Source: Octopus vulgaris (taxonomy: Eukaryota). Taken from it: a DNA stretch of 64,000 nucleotides. The position numbers were made by a program, and so were the translations under genes. Of the stretch, positions 1-13,500 are shown piece after piece; the first letter of the stretch is position 1, and each line of letters opens with the position of its first letter. Location of the stretch: positions 153,450,001-153,514,000 of the forward strand of contig OX597814.1 in the NCBI GenBank assembly GCA_951406725.2, given 5' to 3'. The notes under the pieces were generated by a model. That model had not been told where the DNA came from and did no database searches. It worked only from the letters and a program-made list of their open reading frames with translations.

Positions 1-59
1 GTCTGCTAGAAGAGGCTCAACATGAGCCTTACTTCCTTCTTTTGATTTAGGAACATTAA

Positions 60-1175
60 TCCGTTAGATCTTTTCTATTAATAATGACTTGATCTCATCC
101 TTTGAAATATTCATTCATAAGAAATCTAAAAGGCTCAATAATTAAGGGCTTTTATTTAGATTAATTGATACATTGGCGGCTTTTAGTCTGGCAATAACTT
201 CATTTTCTTGGTTCTCCAATTTATTCAGTATTGCTATAAAGATGAATATATTGTCATGATATATAAATTATATCATTAATTCCCTTCAGAATAGCTTCCA
301 TACAAGGTAGTAAAATAAAGCTGCTACTTTTGAGACTCATCTGAAGCTGATAGACAAAGTATAAAGCTTTGCTCTTAGAGCTCTCATCCCAACCAATCTG
401 CCAATATACACTTTTTAAATCAGTTGCTTCTTACATAACAGTGAGTGACTATCATTTCAAAATGAAGAACTGGAAGAGAAAATGTTTGAATTGTGTCACT
501 TTGTAATGATTAGAAGTTCTTAATTTCACACCTTTCCTTGATTACAAACAATTGGTGATGTATTGTTGGCAACTCTATGCAGACATGAAATTATAATTAT
601 CATTACTTGAAGATTGTGAAGTTTATTTTCAGCTTTCCTTCTGGATGTGTATTGTAAGTGGGCAGGACAAACAAATTGTATTTTTAATCATAATTGATAC
701 GGAAACTTTAGTGCTGTAACCTTTTATTAGTGACCAACAGTTAGAAACAGAAACATGACAAGATTTTAGAGTCTCTGTACTAATTAATCCTAAATTATAA
801 GTGTTACTAAACCACAACAAAATTGAAGTGCTGTTTTTCAACTTCAAAGTCAAAGAAAGCTGCTGTAGTGTTAACTACTTTTAGTTTTGACTCATCACAA
901 GAAGTTAAATGCTTATCAGTATATTTTATGATTAATGATGACTTCATAGACAGTGAAGCTGAGATGATGGAGCAGGCTGCACCAGTATCCAATTGCATTT
1001 AAACTGGATGACCATTTAAACTACAATTAACCCAATGTAAATTTGTTTTACAATTAACAGCCAAAGTTACTTTCTCATCATTGGATTGTTTAGTATTCAT
1101 ATCATTAATATTAGAGACAGACTTCATAGTTTTCACCTGCAGAATTCACTAAAATAACCCAGTTTACCACAAAGT
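60..1175 (-). mobile_element. Degenerate Ty3/Gypsy LTR-retrotransposon gag-pol relic (zinc knuckle, protease, RT)
   Basis: Minus-strand translations in gag-pol order: CGKLGYFSEFC (decayed CCHC knuckle, ~1138-1172); MQLDTGAACSII (aspartic protease DTG, ORF 807-998); TSPIVC..KLRTSNHYKVT (RT start, ~490-565); TDLKSVYWQIGWDESSK (DLxxAYxQ motif, ~375-424); IYHDNIFI (decayed YxDD, ~241-265). Many stops and frameshifts; no LTR recognised. Confidence 0.8.
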
Positions 1176-3639
1176 ATTTTTTCCCCTCATATGCAGAACA
1201 AAACCCAAAAGGATGTGATGATCCTCAACTGCTGCTATTTTCAACTTGACTTTACTCAGTTACTAAACTTTATATATATTACTTTCATGCAAAAGTAATA
1301 TTATTTCAATAAATGAATATGTATGATAATTGTTATAAAATACTGGGTATATCATTTTTTTTTTTTTTTAGATTTGTCAATTAGGGTTTTAATTTCAGTA
1401 CTGGCAGAAACAACTTCAGTTATTCATTTCAAAGCCTTTTAGCTGTGTGAAGTAACAGGTAATGTAAAAACATCCTAGCACTCTCTTAATTAAATAGAAA
1501 AGTAACTGGAAATCTTCATGCATGCCTGTTTCAGAGATAACTGTCTCCTCTTCAGAGTAAATGCACCCTTTATTTTTCAGTCATCCAGAGAACTAAGGAT
1601 TTAAATTGGTATGTATGTATATATCAATAACTTGTAGCAAGAAATACTTATAAAATCAGCAAAAACAAATAATAAAAAAACACCTAACAACATGTTTGAT
1701 TTGGAAATATGATGGTGATGATTAAATATTTATTGCAACCAATTATTGCTCCGTCATCTGGATTCAGAATGCCTGCAGTACTGGTCAGCTATGCAAGATA
1801 GAAGCAAATAATATTCTGAACAACTAAAGAAAACTTTTTAAAGTGAACAAAAACATTATAATAGCTATTGGCAGATCATTTAATATTTTGATACTATAAT
1901 TTGTTATGCATCTTTTCACATAACTGTTGCTTGCATTGAATTTTTGCTTATATATATATATATTTAATAGAAAAAGGTTTGACACTTTTGTAGATTACAG
2001 CAAAATTATGGAACTGTTTTTAGTGTAGGGAGCTTTCTTGAAGTAGATTCATGAAACTAATTTCAAAATAAATAACAGTTAATAAAAAAAAATTCTAGCA
2101 AATGTATGTGCTTCTTACAGTGGCTATAATGGTAAATTCAAAGAAAGATATTGTAGCTTTTTTAATGAACAATAAAGTTATTTTTTATGAATACTTAAGA
2201 AAAGCAATTGCAGCTTTTTTTTTTCATGAATATTTAAGAAATATTAAGACATTCCCAATACTTTTACCTAATAAACAGTTTACATATCAAAAAAGGATGG
2301 CTGATCATCAGAGACTTATTCCTGAATAAGTAACATGGGCTCAAACTGGATTCTATACTAAGAGTGGTAATGTCTTTATCAAACAGGTACCAATGTTTGT
2401 AATAGTTATTGTTGCATTTTCAGGGTTATTTGAATTCATCTTTTAGTAACAGCAGCCATACTGAATCCAGACCGAGACTATCAATACTGCAAAATGTAGA
2501 TTCTAAAAAACGTTAATAGTCTAGGAAATAATCTTAACTAATCTTACACATTTAGGGATGGATGTGAATATAATGAAATAAGGTTTATATAAGTTTCATG
2601 AGGCACACAATGATTCCAAATTCCATCAGTCAGTCTTGCAATTCATAAATACTGTCAATAACAAAGGGGCTAAAGAAAGAATAAATTTACAAAAATTACA
2701 GCAATGGGAAGAGAGCGATGTTTTGTATATTGAACAACTAGTTTAAACACACCGGTTTTGTAACGATGAATTCATAATAGCAGTAGATATTATGTGAAGA
2801 TGACACTCCAAGATTTTAGCTATGATGGCTAAAATAAAGAATAAACATAACCAAATGAGCTAGAGTACAGTAACTAAAATTCTTAGAAATGAGAGAACTT
2901 CTACTCATGTTACTCCGAATGCATGTATGTATGTATGTGTGTGTGTGCATGTGAGTAAATGATGTGTGTGGGTGTGTATATAACGTCTGTATGTATTTAG
3001 TACAAAAATATGAAAGTACTCAATACACCCTTGTTTTAAGGGCTTATTGCTTAGAGATGTATTTCACATGAGTTAATCCGTAACTTGTGCCAGTTATGTT
3101 GCATGAACACATGCACACATACACACAAACACATTTACACACGTGCACACATACAAATACATATGTACATACAACACAGGTAGATTGCTATAAGTGGAAT
3201 TGTAAATTAAGAGAAAACAAAGCTTAACTTTGACACGGAGCCTAAATCTGATTATGTCAGTTTCTGGCAGAGATTTTGGTTGAAAACTACAATAATTAAA
3301 GCTTTTATTACCCAGAAAATTTATGCCACAATAGTCAGTTGTCATAGTATGGATATTCTGACACCAATGCTGAAGAAGAATGGACTAGGGGTAGATTATA
3401 CATACACAGAGAAAAAAAGAAAAACATCCACCTAGATTAATACAAGCATCCATTATGGTAACCTAATTAAAGATTTAAATATTTCATACAATTCTGCATC
3501 TGACATATGATTAACTTGTAAGAAAGCAGATTACATATAAACCAAGCATACACACGTGAACATTCCAATTTATTTAATTTGAAACAATTGGCTCCTATAG
3601 GATTAGTTATAATAAAATAAATATATCACAAAGTTATGA

Positions 3640-3885
3640 CATGCTGTGTGGTTAAGAAGCTTGCTTTGTAACCATGCAGTTACAGGTTCAATCCCGCAAT
3701 ATAGCATCTTGGGCAAGTGTCTTTTACTGTAGTCCCAGGTCAATCAATGCCTTATGAGTGAATTTGTTAGACAGAAACTATGAAAACCCATTGCATGTGT
3801 ACACACACACACACAAACATGGGTGGGTATATCTTTGTGTTTGTCCCCCACCACTGTTTGACAACCAGTGTTTGTTTTTGTCCCC
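3640..3885 (+). mobile_element. tRNA-derived SINE (family A), 3' part interrupted by an RTE tail
   Basis: A-box-like gctgtgtggttaag, B-box ggttcaatccc, core cttgggcaagtgtctt, internal CA repeat. Matches the copies at 21805-22232 and 55069-55615. Confidence 0.8.
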
Positions 3886-3886
3886 T

Positions 3887-4260
3887 TTCCGTTCGTGCCC
3901 GTTGCCAGCCTCGCCTGGCCCCTGTGCCGGTGACACGTAAAAGCATCATCCGTTTTGTGACCGTTTGCCAGCTCTGTCTGGCCCCCGTGTTGGTGGCACG
4001 TAAAAGCACCATCCGTTCGTGTCCGTTGCCAGCCTCGCCTGGCCCCGTGCCGGTGACACGTAAAAGGGTGGCACGTAAAAAGCACCCACTACACTCACGG
4101 AGTGGTTGGCGTTAGGAAGGGCATCCAGCCGTAGAAACACTGCCAGATCTGACTGGGCCTGATGAAGCCTTCCAGCTTCACAGACCCCAGTTGAACCGTC
4201 CAACTCATGCTAGCATGGAGAACGGACGCTAAATGACGATGATGATGATGATGATGATGA
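3887..4260 (+). mobile_element. 5'-truncated RTE LINE 3' UTR with three ~62 bp tandem units and a (GAT)n tail
   Basis: aaaagcacccactacactcacggagtggttggcgttaggaagggcatccagc...gctagcatgg...(gat)n. The same sequence directly follows the RTE ORF2 stop at 63523. Confidence 0.9.
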
Positions 4261-4702
4261 ACTTAGTTCCATGATGATAGTGATAAATATTCTCATAATT
4301 CCACAATATTGTTTTGCAATATGCTGTCCAGAATTTGTACAAATAAAATATTCTCTACAAAGAATAAAAAAAAACAAAAAACATGCAACATATGCAATTT
4401 GTTATAAATGCATGTATACATACATGTGTGCATGTGGTTGAAGATAAATTTTCTTACATGAAGTTAAAATTATTTCGTTCTTTTTATTTCAATATCTGTG
4501 GAAAATTTAGTTAGAACAAAATTACTATTACCTATTTTTCAAATGAAGAAACATCCTTTTTGACAAAAAAATCTATAATTAATGTAAATCTTAAAAGCAA
4601 AGGAAGAACATTAAAACTGAGAATGAAGGCTTAATATTAAATATGCTTCTGACAATCCACTGCTCTCAAACATATAATTTAAATGTAAGAGTAAGATTAT
4701 TA

Positions 4703-4945
4703 CAAGGAGGTGCAAAAAACTTCCTGGCTTTAAGGGTATCGCGAAAGGCCTGATTGGAAGCTCAACCTTCCGAGTGTTTTTTTACAGGGCATAGAAAAAC
4801 TGAAGGACTGTTGCAATAAGTGTGTGAATCTGAGAGGGGAATATCATTATCATCATAATCGTTTAACATCCACCTTCTATCATAATTAACTGATCCTCTT
4901 GTATTTTCTTTTAACCAAACCCAGGAACTTTTCAGCACCCCCTCA
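4703..4945 (+). mobile_element. Non-autonomous mariner deletion derivative (MITE)
   Basis: TA-flanked imperfect TIRs caaggaggtgcaaaaaacttcctgg / ccaggaacttttcagcaccccctca. The interior reads ..EKLKDCCNKCVNLRGEY, resembling the mariner transposase C-terminus (KLxxRWxKCxxxxGxY). Confidence 0.8.
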
Positions 4946-5699
4946 TACATAAAGCAACATTCAGAAAATGCTTCCTTCAGATAATTAGTACACTTAATAT
5001 TTCAAACAATAAGTCAATATTTATTAACTACCAAAAAATAATGACTGATCAGACATTGAGTGCAAGACAGGTATATTATCTATTGCACAGTACTCTTTCA
5101 CAGGTAGAGTACTTACTCTTCAGTTAAATAAATTCAAATGAATACCAAACAAAAGTAGGACTGCTGAGAATATCAGCAAAATCCTCCTCAAATAACATGA
5201 AAGAAAAGGACATAATGATAAATGTAGTTCTAGATGCCTCACCATTTAATGTCTACCTTTCATGTTGGCATGGGTTGGGTGATTTGAAAGGAACTAGGGA
5301 TCAAGAAGATTGTTGCCAAGTTCTACAGTATGCTTAGGAATGGATCCTATGACTGAATGCCAACCACTCTACAGAGTGTACAGGTTTTTTTTTTACATGA
5401 TACCAAGAGCAGTAATTTATCAAGTAACTTATAAAGCCACCTCAAACAATAGTGAGTAGTATTGAGGGAGGTGGTTTTGTGCCAGGTGATGAGACAGAGT
5501 ATGATAAAGGAACAAAATCAGGTGTCTTGCACTGAAACAAAGACAAGGTGATTGGGGCTGGAACATCTTCAGAGATGACTTAGGGATGAAATATCAATTG
5601 AGAAGAATATAATTAAATGTCTTGCTCAGAGTCAAGGAAACCAATGCAATGACAGACAATATGACTCACAACCCAGGAATCATGTATACTTATACTACG

Positions 5700-5969
5700 T
5701 TCAGCCTCGTCTGGCCCCCGTGCCAGTGGCATGTAAAAAGCACCATCCGATTGTGGCCGTTTGCCAGCCTCGTCTAGCACCTGTGCAGGTGGCATGTAAA
5801 AAGCACCCACTACACTCACGAAGTGGTTGGCGTTAGGAAGGGCATCCAGCTGTAGAAACACTGCCAGATCAGACTGGGCCTGGCGCAGCCTTCTGGCTTC
5901 CCAGACCCCAGTTGAACCGTCCAACCCATGCTAGCATGGAAAACGGTCGTTAAACGATGATGATGATGA
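5700..5969 (+). mobile_element. RTE LINE 3' UTR fragment with (GAT)n tail
   Basis: Two gtgccagtggcatgtaaaaagcacc-type units, then the conserved tail shared with 3887-4260. Confidence 0.9.
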
Positions 5970-7249
5970 AAAGTTTCCTCTCCAAAATAATCCTGTCTTG
6001 ATAAACAAAAATATATCACTTTAGTGGTATATTTTTCTCATCAGGAGAAAATTATTTTACATACAAATAAAGAGCCCTCCCTGCTTCAAAGAAATGTAAC
6101 AGCTACTACTGCAGTAACCATAATGTCTAAAACTAACAAACTATAAAGCACAACTAATTATTACCACAATATTTAGTATTGATTATGAATGAAGAATTAA
6201 ATTTCTACACACTTTAACAAATTCAAACCTGGCAGATATTGACTGAAAATATCTGTTTTAGTAGAAAACTGCTACCAAACAATTCCTGATTACTTATCAG
6301 GAGTTTGTTTCCGTAGAAAATAAAGCCAAGAATGTTGTTTTTGTACACAATTTTGAAAATAATGACAGAATGAAAATGATTTAACACAACGAGTTCAACT
6401 CTTAAAATCAATGAAAGCTTGTTAGCTTTAGATAGATAAATCGAAATGATATAAGCTAATGCAAATATTGATAGGTATGTATTAAAAACAAAATAAATAT
6501 TAAAAAAAGGCCCACAATTACAAATAGATTTTACAAAAGAAATAAGGAAACAATGCAACATCTAGATTAATTAAAAAACGAAATCAAAAATTGAAAGGAA
6601 AACAGTTAACTTATTGTATAAGTAAAAGTGTTAATATTTGTGAATATTTTCCTACTTTAAACTAAGACAGATAGAATCTTGTGTTAATCTATATAAACAG
6701 TTTTTAAAGGTATTCTGTATTTAAAGAGCTTCTCCCTCAAACCCAGCATTATCAACAATCAGCCTTGACAATGTCAATCTCAATAACATCAGCCTCAGTT
6801 TCGTTATCAGCCTCAATCCTATTACTGTCAATCTTGGTTACATTGTTATATGTTTTAAGTATGTTATTGTCATTTATTTTAATTTCATTATTGTCAACTT
6901 AAATTTAGTGTTGTTTATCAGCAATATGATTCAGCAACCGTCATGGACAACCAAAAGAAAAGAATTTCAAATGAAGTTAGAAGAGTACCATACTTGATAG
7001 CATAAAAGACGCAAAGACATAAGGTGGACCCCAATTTCAGCAGCACATATTCAGAAGAGGTTTTTAGTGCACTTAAGCATGTAATACAGAGCCCACTTAT
7101 GCATGTAGGACCCAGGGCAATTCTTTTTGAAAAAAGTGCATCTCATATGCCTTCAAATACAGTAATTGCATCAAATTATAATGAAGAACGTATGATATCT
7201 GAAACTACATCTCTATTCCTTAGACAAGTGTTCAAACTATTTTTCAAAT

Positions 7250-7590
7250 ATATAAAGAGGAAGGCTATATTGAACAAAAGAATCAAGGTGGTTTTCAAAA
7301 ACTAAAATTTTCATAAGAAATGGAAAATTTCATACAAACATCAGATGAAAGATGTTATATAACTTTAAATATATTATCCAAGATTATTTTTGAGCATTTT
7401 AATGCAAGGTTGTCAAAAACAAGTGTTGATAAAGGCTTTAAAAATTTCCATTACACCTTCAAGAGATGTATAGTGATTTCTGAAAGAGCTTTAACTGCAG
7501 AGAACATTACATGGAAAATAAGTTATGTCAGAGAATTCCAAGAATTTTTGGAAGAAAAGTCTGAGAGGAAAATAATTCTCATTATATGAA
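7250..7590 (+). mobile_element. IS630-Tc1-mariner (ITm) transposase relic, HTH-linker region
   Basis: ORF 7320-7589: ITLNILSKIIFEHFNARLSKTSVDKGFKNFHYTFKR..ER..ENITWKISYVREF fits the TLxxL...S.xxV.R.L...YTxKR pattern that precedes IS630-like DDE domains. No catalytic domain seen. Confidence 0.6.
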
Positions 7591-10500
7591 GTCTAAATAT
7601 GGTAGAAGAAAAACTGGACAATCTCTGTGAGGACAGCATCTGGATTGTATTCCCAAAATGTAAAGTATATGTTGTGCCATGAACAAAAATGGGGAGATCT
7701 ACTATAAGAAAGAACTGGTACCTTTATGACACAAGCACAATGTCCACTCTCCTACACTTGCAGGAGTCAGATGGAATTCAATGAGGCAGATTTTCTACAA
7801 CAAGATGCCTATTTCCAAGCAAAGCAATATTCCCCATGGCAAGTCATGTTTTCATAGTAGATTGGAAATGAATGACACTGTTTATATAATGGTGATACCA
7901 ATTTACAAGTATCACACCCAAACAAATATAGTTTCTGATCTTTCAATCCCCACTTGTTATGTCCCTTTGCACCCAGGTCAACTTGCTTCTTGCCCCTAAA
8001 TACCCGAAAAAGGTATAATATAATCAAGTAAAAACCCTTGGAAACTGTGCCTTAGTATTGCTATAGTCCAATGAGTAAAGACAGTAAATGAGTTATAGAA
8101 GATATATTAGTTTCTAAAATATCTGCAACTAAATGAAGACAAGTTGTAAACTTAATCAGATATCACTGGGAAAGTAGAATAAAAAATTGCCTCTCATTTA
8201 ACAGAGTAATTGTTCTGCTGGGAAACAGAAAGTAGTAAATATTAGTTAACTTGGAGATTTGGGAAAACCTGTAAAGATACAGCAAAGAAAATAGATTTCA
8301 ATCAACAAAAAAGATTTAGACTGCTGATTTATATAAATGCTTCATTGCTATATGCCTAGCTGGCAGTAAAGCATTATTAAGGCAACAGATCATGGTGGTA
8401 GGAATCTGACTAGCAAACATAATAACATTCAAATATTCATTTAGTTAAACAGAATAAAAACCCTACAGCACACATAAAAGAAAGGAAAACAAATTACCAA
8501 ATGGTTAATTAGAAAGGCTCTTATTGATAGCAATCAATAATCTCCCAACAGGGAGAACTTAAAATTATGAGCATTTGCTTTCATTTCAATATTATTTTAC
8601 TGGAAGAGAAAAAAGAGAAAAGTTCTATACTTGATTTCTATGTATTTCAAAATTCCATTAAATATCCTTATTCATATTACAATTATTATAGAAGCTGCCA
8701 AATTTATTTTTTGACATCCATGTCAGTATGAAACAATTTGAACGCTAAAAATAAGCTGGATTATAGATTAAGATGTAAAGTAAAAATTAATGGGATGTCA
8801 GATCAAATATGATTGATTTCAAACTGTTAAGGACTACTAATTATACATACAACTTGATAACTAATATACACAAGCCTGAGGAAACCAGCTATATAACTTA
8901 ATAGTAACATGCACCAGCATATGTAATTTCACTTCAGATGGCTACCAAAATACTTATTTTTTCAGTTAGTTCTTTTTTCTCCAACTAGACAAACATTGAT
9001 TTGATTAAATTGCAATCATATTTGTATTGATGTTAATCATAATAACTTCCTAATTAAAGGTGAAGGCTTTTTCAAAGGCAACAGAATTAACTGAGGGTTC
9101 ATTAGAAATAAAATGCAACTTGTTCAATGCAATACAAACTCACTACATATGATCCTCAAACCTGCTGCTATTCTATACATTTGGCTGTCAATGACAGTCA
9201 ATTTTGTTTTTTCATAACAAGATAAGTCTGCATAACTATTTCAATGCAACAAAACAAAAGGTCGGTCAAGGAATCTCCTGGCTTTCAGATCTTGAAGTAA
9301 GATAATAAAGGATAATACACATCTGGAATTAATGGGAAAGAAACACCTGTTTCTTAACACCAGTAATAAAACATGCTTATCAAATGCTGGCATAAGAGGG
9401 GTGACTTAGTAAATTTAATTATTTCCATAACTTTTGGGCAATTCTTACTGCTGGATACCCTTCATAGTTCTAAATACTGAAATACAAAGAAAACAGTTGT
9501 ATCAAATATGAAGTAAGCAGTTATATACTGCTGGCAGATTCAATACCAAGCATAACAGAATATATGTCAGACACAACTCTTAGTACTTAAGAGAGCACAT
9601 ACAATGTTAAGAGTCAAAGCTATATAAGTGAAGTAGGTTATGCAGAGCATGTATTCACTATCATTTGAGTTGTATCTAGTAAAAATATATGATTTATAAA
9701 AAATCTGCTCAACTACATTAACCTATCAGATCTTGCATTAAGGAACACTTACCCAATCTTTTCTTCCCTTCCTTGTTTAAAACAGTAGAGTGTAGTGAGG
9801 AAGATTTGGTAATAATTTCTAAAAGGTCTAGCATTTACATAGAGATCCCACTTTCCTTGTTGACTCTTAAAATGTTTTTTTAAAAAATGGGAACATATTG
9901 AACTCTAAAAACCAAACAAAATGTAATAACATTGATCAGAATTTATTCTACTTTTCATGAAACTTGGGTCATCCATCACATTATATATTGGGTGCCTTTA
10001 GTAAAATCCACCCTGATGCAAGCATTCAGACAAGGTCTTTAGTCTGGACACAACTTCCTCTCGCCTTTCATTCAGTCTTGGGGAATCTGAAAAAAGTCAT
10101 GGACACTGCCTTCCTTTCTAACTAAAAGATTAAAAAAAAAAGAAAACGAAAACTGACATTTGATATTTTAAAATAATTAAAAAAATTTTATCTATCAACA
10201 ACATTGAATAGTATATTTAGAACAATATCTACAACATACACAATTTGTTATATGATCACACACACACATGCATGCCAAAACAAATACACATGGAAAAGTG
10301 CACATGAACTGCTGCTATGAGACAAACACAGCAGGTGTAAACAAACAGTTGTGGATCTCTCTCTCTCTAGAAAGTTGCTTTAAAACAGGTTTCTTAACAA
10401 CATATTTCAAAGCTACATAGCATCCACTGACCATCTACATTGATTTTTGAAAATTGTAATCATGTCTTGTCAAAACTACATGTTAAAAAGATACACTTAT

Positions 10501-13500
10501 TTAATGGAAAGTTACAGATCAGAAAACTAAGCTTTTAAATTAAAGAATAATGTTGATCCTAACAGTAACTGCCTAAATTCTTTAAGATAATGAGGCAGTA
10601 GTTTTAAGACAAAAAAAAAAAATTATTTTTTAATGAAGGAAAAGGTATGCAAATTAAAAGTCTATTTTCTCAGAAGGCCATTATCAAAACAAAGTAAATA
10701 TTAGGTAATAACTAAATTAAAATACTCATAATTAATTATAATTGAACTTACTGGGTACAAAAGAGAGGGTTCTAATGTTTGGTCATATTATTTCAATGGG
10801 AATCATGAATATTCCGTTGCAAGCTATAAAGTTTAGTGAAGAATGAAAGACTGTGCTGCTACTTTATTTCTGATAATCAAAAATGTATAAGAAAGCAAGA
10901 TCAATAACTGAAGAAAATACAGGTTCTGCTAGAGATCTAACTTTGGATCAACCTCACTGATTAAAACATGACATAGATTTGTTATGAAATTCAGTATTCT
11001 CTTACAATAAAGCCAACATTCAGAATATTTGAGAAGAAAAATACAAAGGTTTGTCTGAGTGATAACTGTTGCACCTGACATAAGTGAGAGTTGGCAGTTG
11101 AAAAGATCAAAAGCTAGTGATAAAACATACTAGTTGTACTAAAAGAGCTTCCCTATAGCAACTAGAATAATGTAATTCTGTAATGTTGTTTCAGCATACA
11201 GCAGACAGGGGAGAAAAAAAAAGACAAACAAACACGTGAGAGAGAGAGAGAGAGAGAGAAAGAGCGAGAGAGAGGGAGAGAAGAGGAGGCTCTTTTTCTT
11301 TCTCTTCTCTCACATAAACACACTTTATTATAAGAGACTGCAGACAGGAAATCATGTGAAAAAGTGTTACAGGAGTAGAAAGCAAGCCTGACAAGGCTCA
11401 TAAAAGTCTGCCTGACATCTCTAAAGTGCATAAAAGAAGGAATGGGATGCTCACTTAAAAAATGAGCTAGACCCACTGCTGCTACGAGCCAACTATAGCA
11501 GGTATGAATAAACAGCCTTGGATAGTATACACACACACGCTTATTAACAGGTTTCATAACAACTCTTTTCAAAGCTATATAACATCCACTGAATATAAAA
11601 TTATGATTGCCTCTCATCAAAACTACCTTACAAATAAAAAGAAACCTGCTCAATGATTTATTAAAGTTATATGGTGGGAATAATTGCAAAGTATTCAGGA
11701 AAATATAACTAATTCTAATATTAGCACAAGACCACAAAATCTGTGGGTTGAGAAGTATATACATTTGCTTAAATCAATCCTATTATTTGACAGGTACTTG
11801 TTTTATCATCCCGCCCTCAAACAGAGGAATGAAAGGCAAATTTGACTCTGGACAGAGAGATGAAAGTCAACCCTACCAGGATTTGAACTAAGAAATGTAA
11901 AGGGACAGGACTAAATACCACAAGGCATTTTATCTGCTACTCTACTATATCTGCTATATCCCACACAGTACTGGCATTTATTTATCAAACTGAACCAACA
12001 ACACAGAAGGCTTCAGTTCCTATAAAAGTAATTCTAATTCATAATCACTGTTGCTTGGAAAGTGATGGTGTTACTTAGCAAAAAGTCAGCCCTGACTGAA
12101 CTGGCCTATGAGAAAAGTATACTAGTTAAGATCATCTTATCTTATATTTACATCACTTAATATGTCCTTCCTCTCTCTTTTTCTTTTAAAACACAGTAGT
12201 TTGTGATTTTAGAGATTCAGCTGGTATTTCTAGCAGATCAAATGCTGTTTCATTAGCTTGTAGAGCTGCTATTTGAATACTCTGCTACTTCCAACATCAA
12301 TGAAGGCAGGCAGTAAAGTACTGATACATACACAACTAACATTTTCTCTTTTTTTATTCACTTAATACTTTAACAAATCATAATGAAAGTGCTTTTGATT
12401 CAGTAATTTCATTTTATTCAGAGATTTAGTCATAATGTTTGAAGTCTATAATACTAAAATTATGGAAGTCACTTGAGTACTGAATTCATAATTTAAGAAA
12501 AAAAAAAAAAAAGAGAAGCCAAACTAATATAACATATGGACTTAATATAAATGTCAAAAGAAATATTTGCATTAACCTTAGTTTCATAATTTCTCACTTT
12601 AATTATTAAAAAATAATAATATGGAAAATAAAATAAATCCCAAAACAATGTTTAATCATAATGGAACTTAGAAAAAGAAAAGTTTTAAGTGTCTTAATAT
12701 GTATATAATTTTCAGATAATCAGATTTGAGAGACAGTTTTTGAGAAGGTGGAAGGTTTAGTAAAATAGAGAAGACAAGAAATGAACACAACATCACCCTC
12801 ATAAATGCTACACTTATCAAAAAAAAAAAAAAAAAAGAGTGTGTGTGTGTATGTGTACGTATATAGATCTTCAGTTAATTACTGAAACTACATTTTTGAA
12901 ATAGGCACATCTAGAATAGCAGAAAAAAATGGTGAATGCCATTTTAATAATATCTACAGACCCAACTATTTTGATTAAGTAGTTTTAAGTAGAAGAGACT
13001 GAATTTATATTGATGTTAACTCTAGAAGAAAGATAGCGGAAATTGATTTTTTTTTATATACATATTATAATGTTGTTGTTGTTTTTATTTCAGATAATGA
13101 AAAAGAGAGGAATCACTAAATTTAGTTTTCCAATCAGATTTTATCATTTGTACCAGTTTATTTTTGAACTACAACTAGAGATATACTAGGATAATAATAA
13201 AACAATGAAAAGAAACGGAACTTTATAATGTTATCTAGATTAAATAATAAATTACAAAAGAAATGTGCAATGAAGTAAATGTAGTAATATATGTCAGCTA
13301 AGAAAATAAGTAAGAACCGATGTTTTATTTTCTCAAAAAAAAAATATTAACATACAGTTTGTCATGGAATCTGACTTAATAAATATGATTAATAAAAGTC
13401 AAGACTTTATTGCTAAAAACTAACATGACTGAAATAGAATCTAATCCAAGGCAAAACTAGAAACATTTTTAGGAGTATGACTAGCAGTGTGGTGAGAAGC

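Noticed and set aside
3887-4090. CRISPR-like repeat-spacer pattern (palindromic ~27 nt core every ~62 nt)
   Set aside because: The spacers are homologous to one another, there are no cas genes, the context is eukaryotic, and the array is part of the RTE LINE 3' UTR.
9950-10122. Block following a good minus-strand acceptor, considered as ZMYND19 exon 2
   Set aside because: The phase-0 frame hits a stop (..FPKTE*) and shows no similarity to the expected ZMYND19 sequence.
11162-11764. Longest ORF in the window (200 aa, minus)
   Set aside because: No recognisable domain, runs through a (GA)n microsatellite, no ATG start, and has the composition of random AT-rich sequence.
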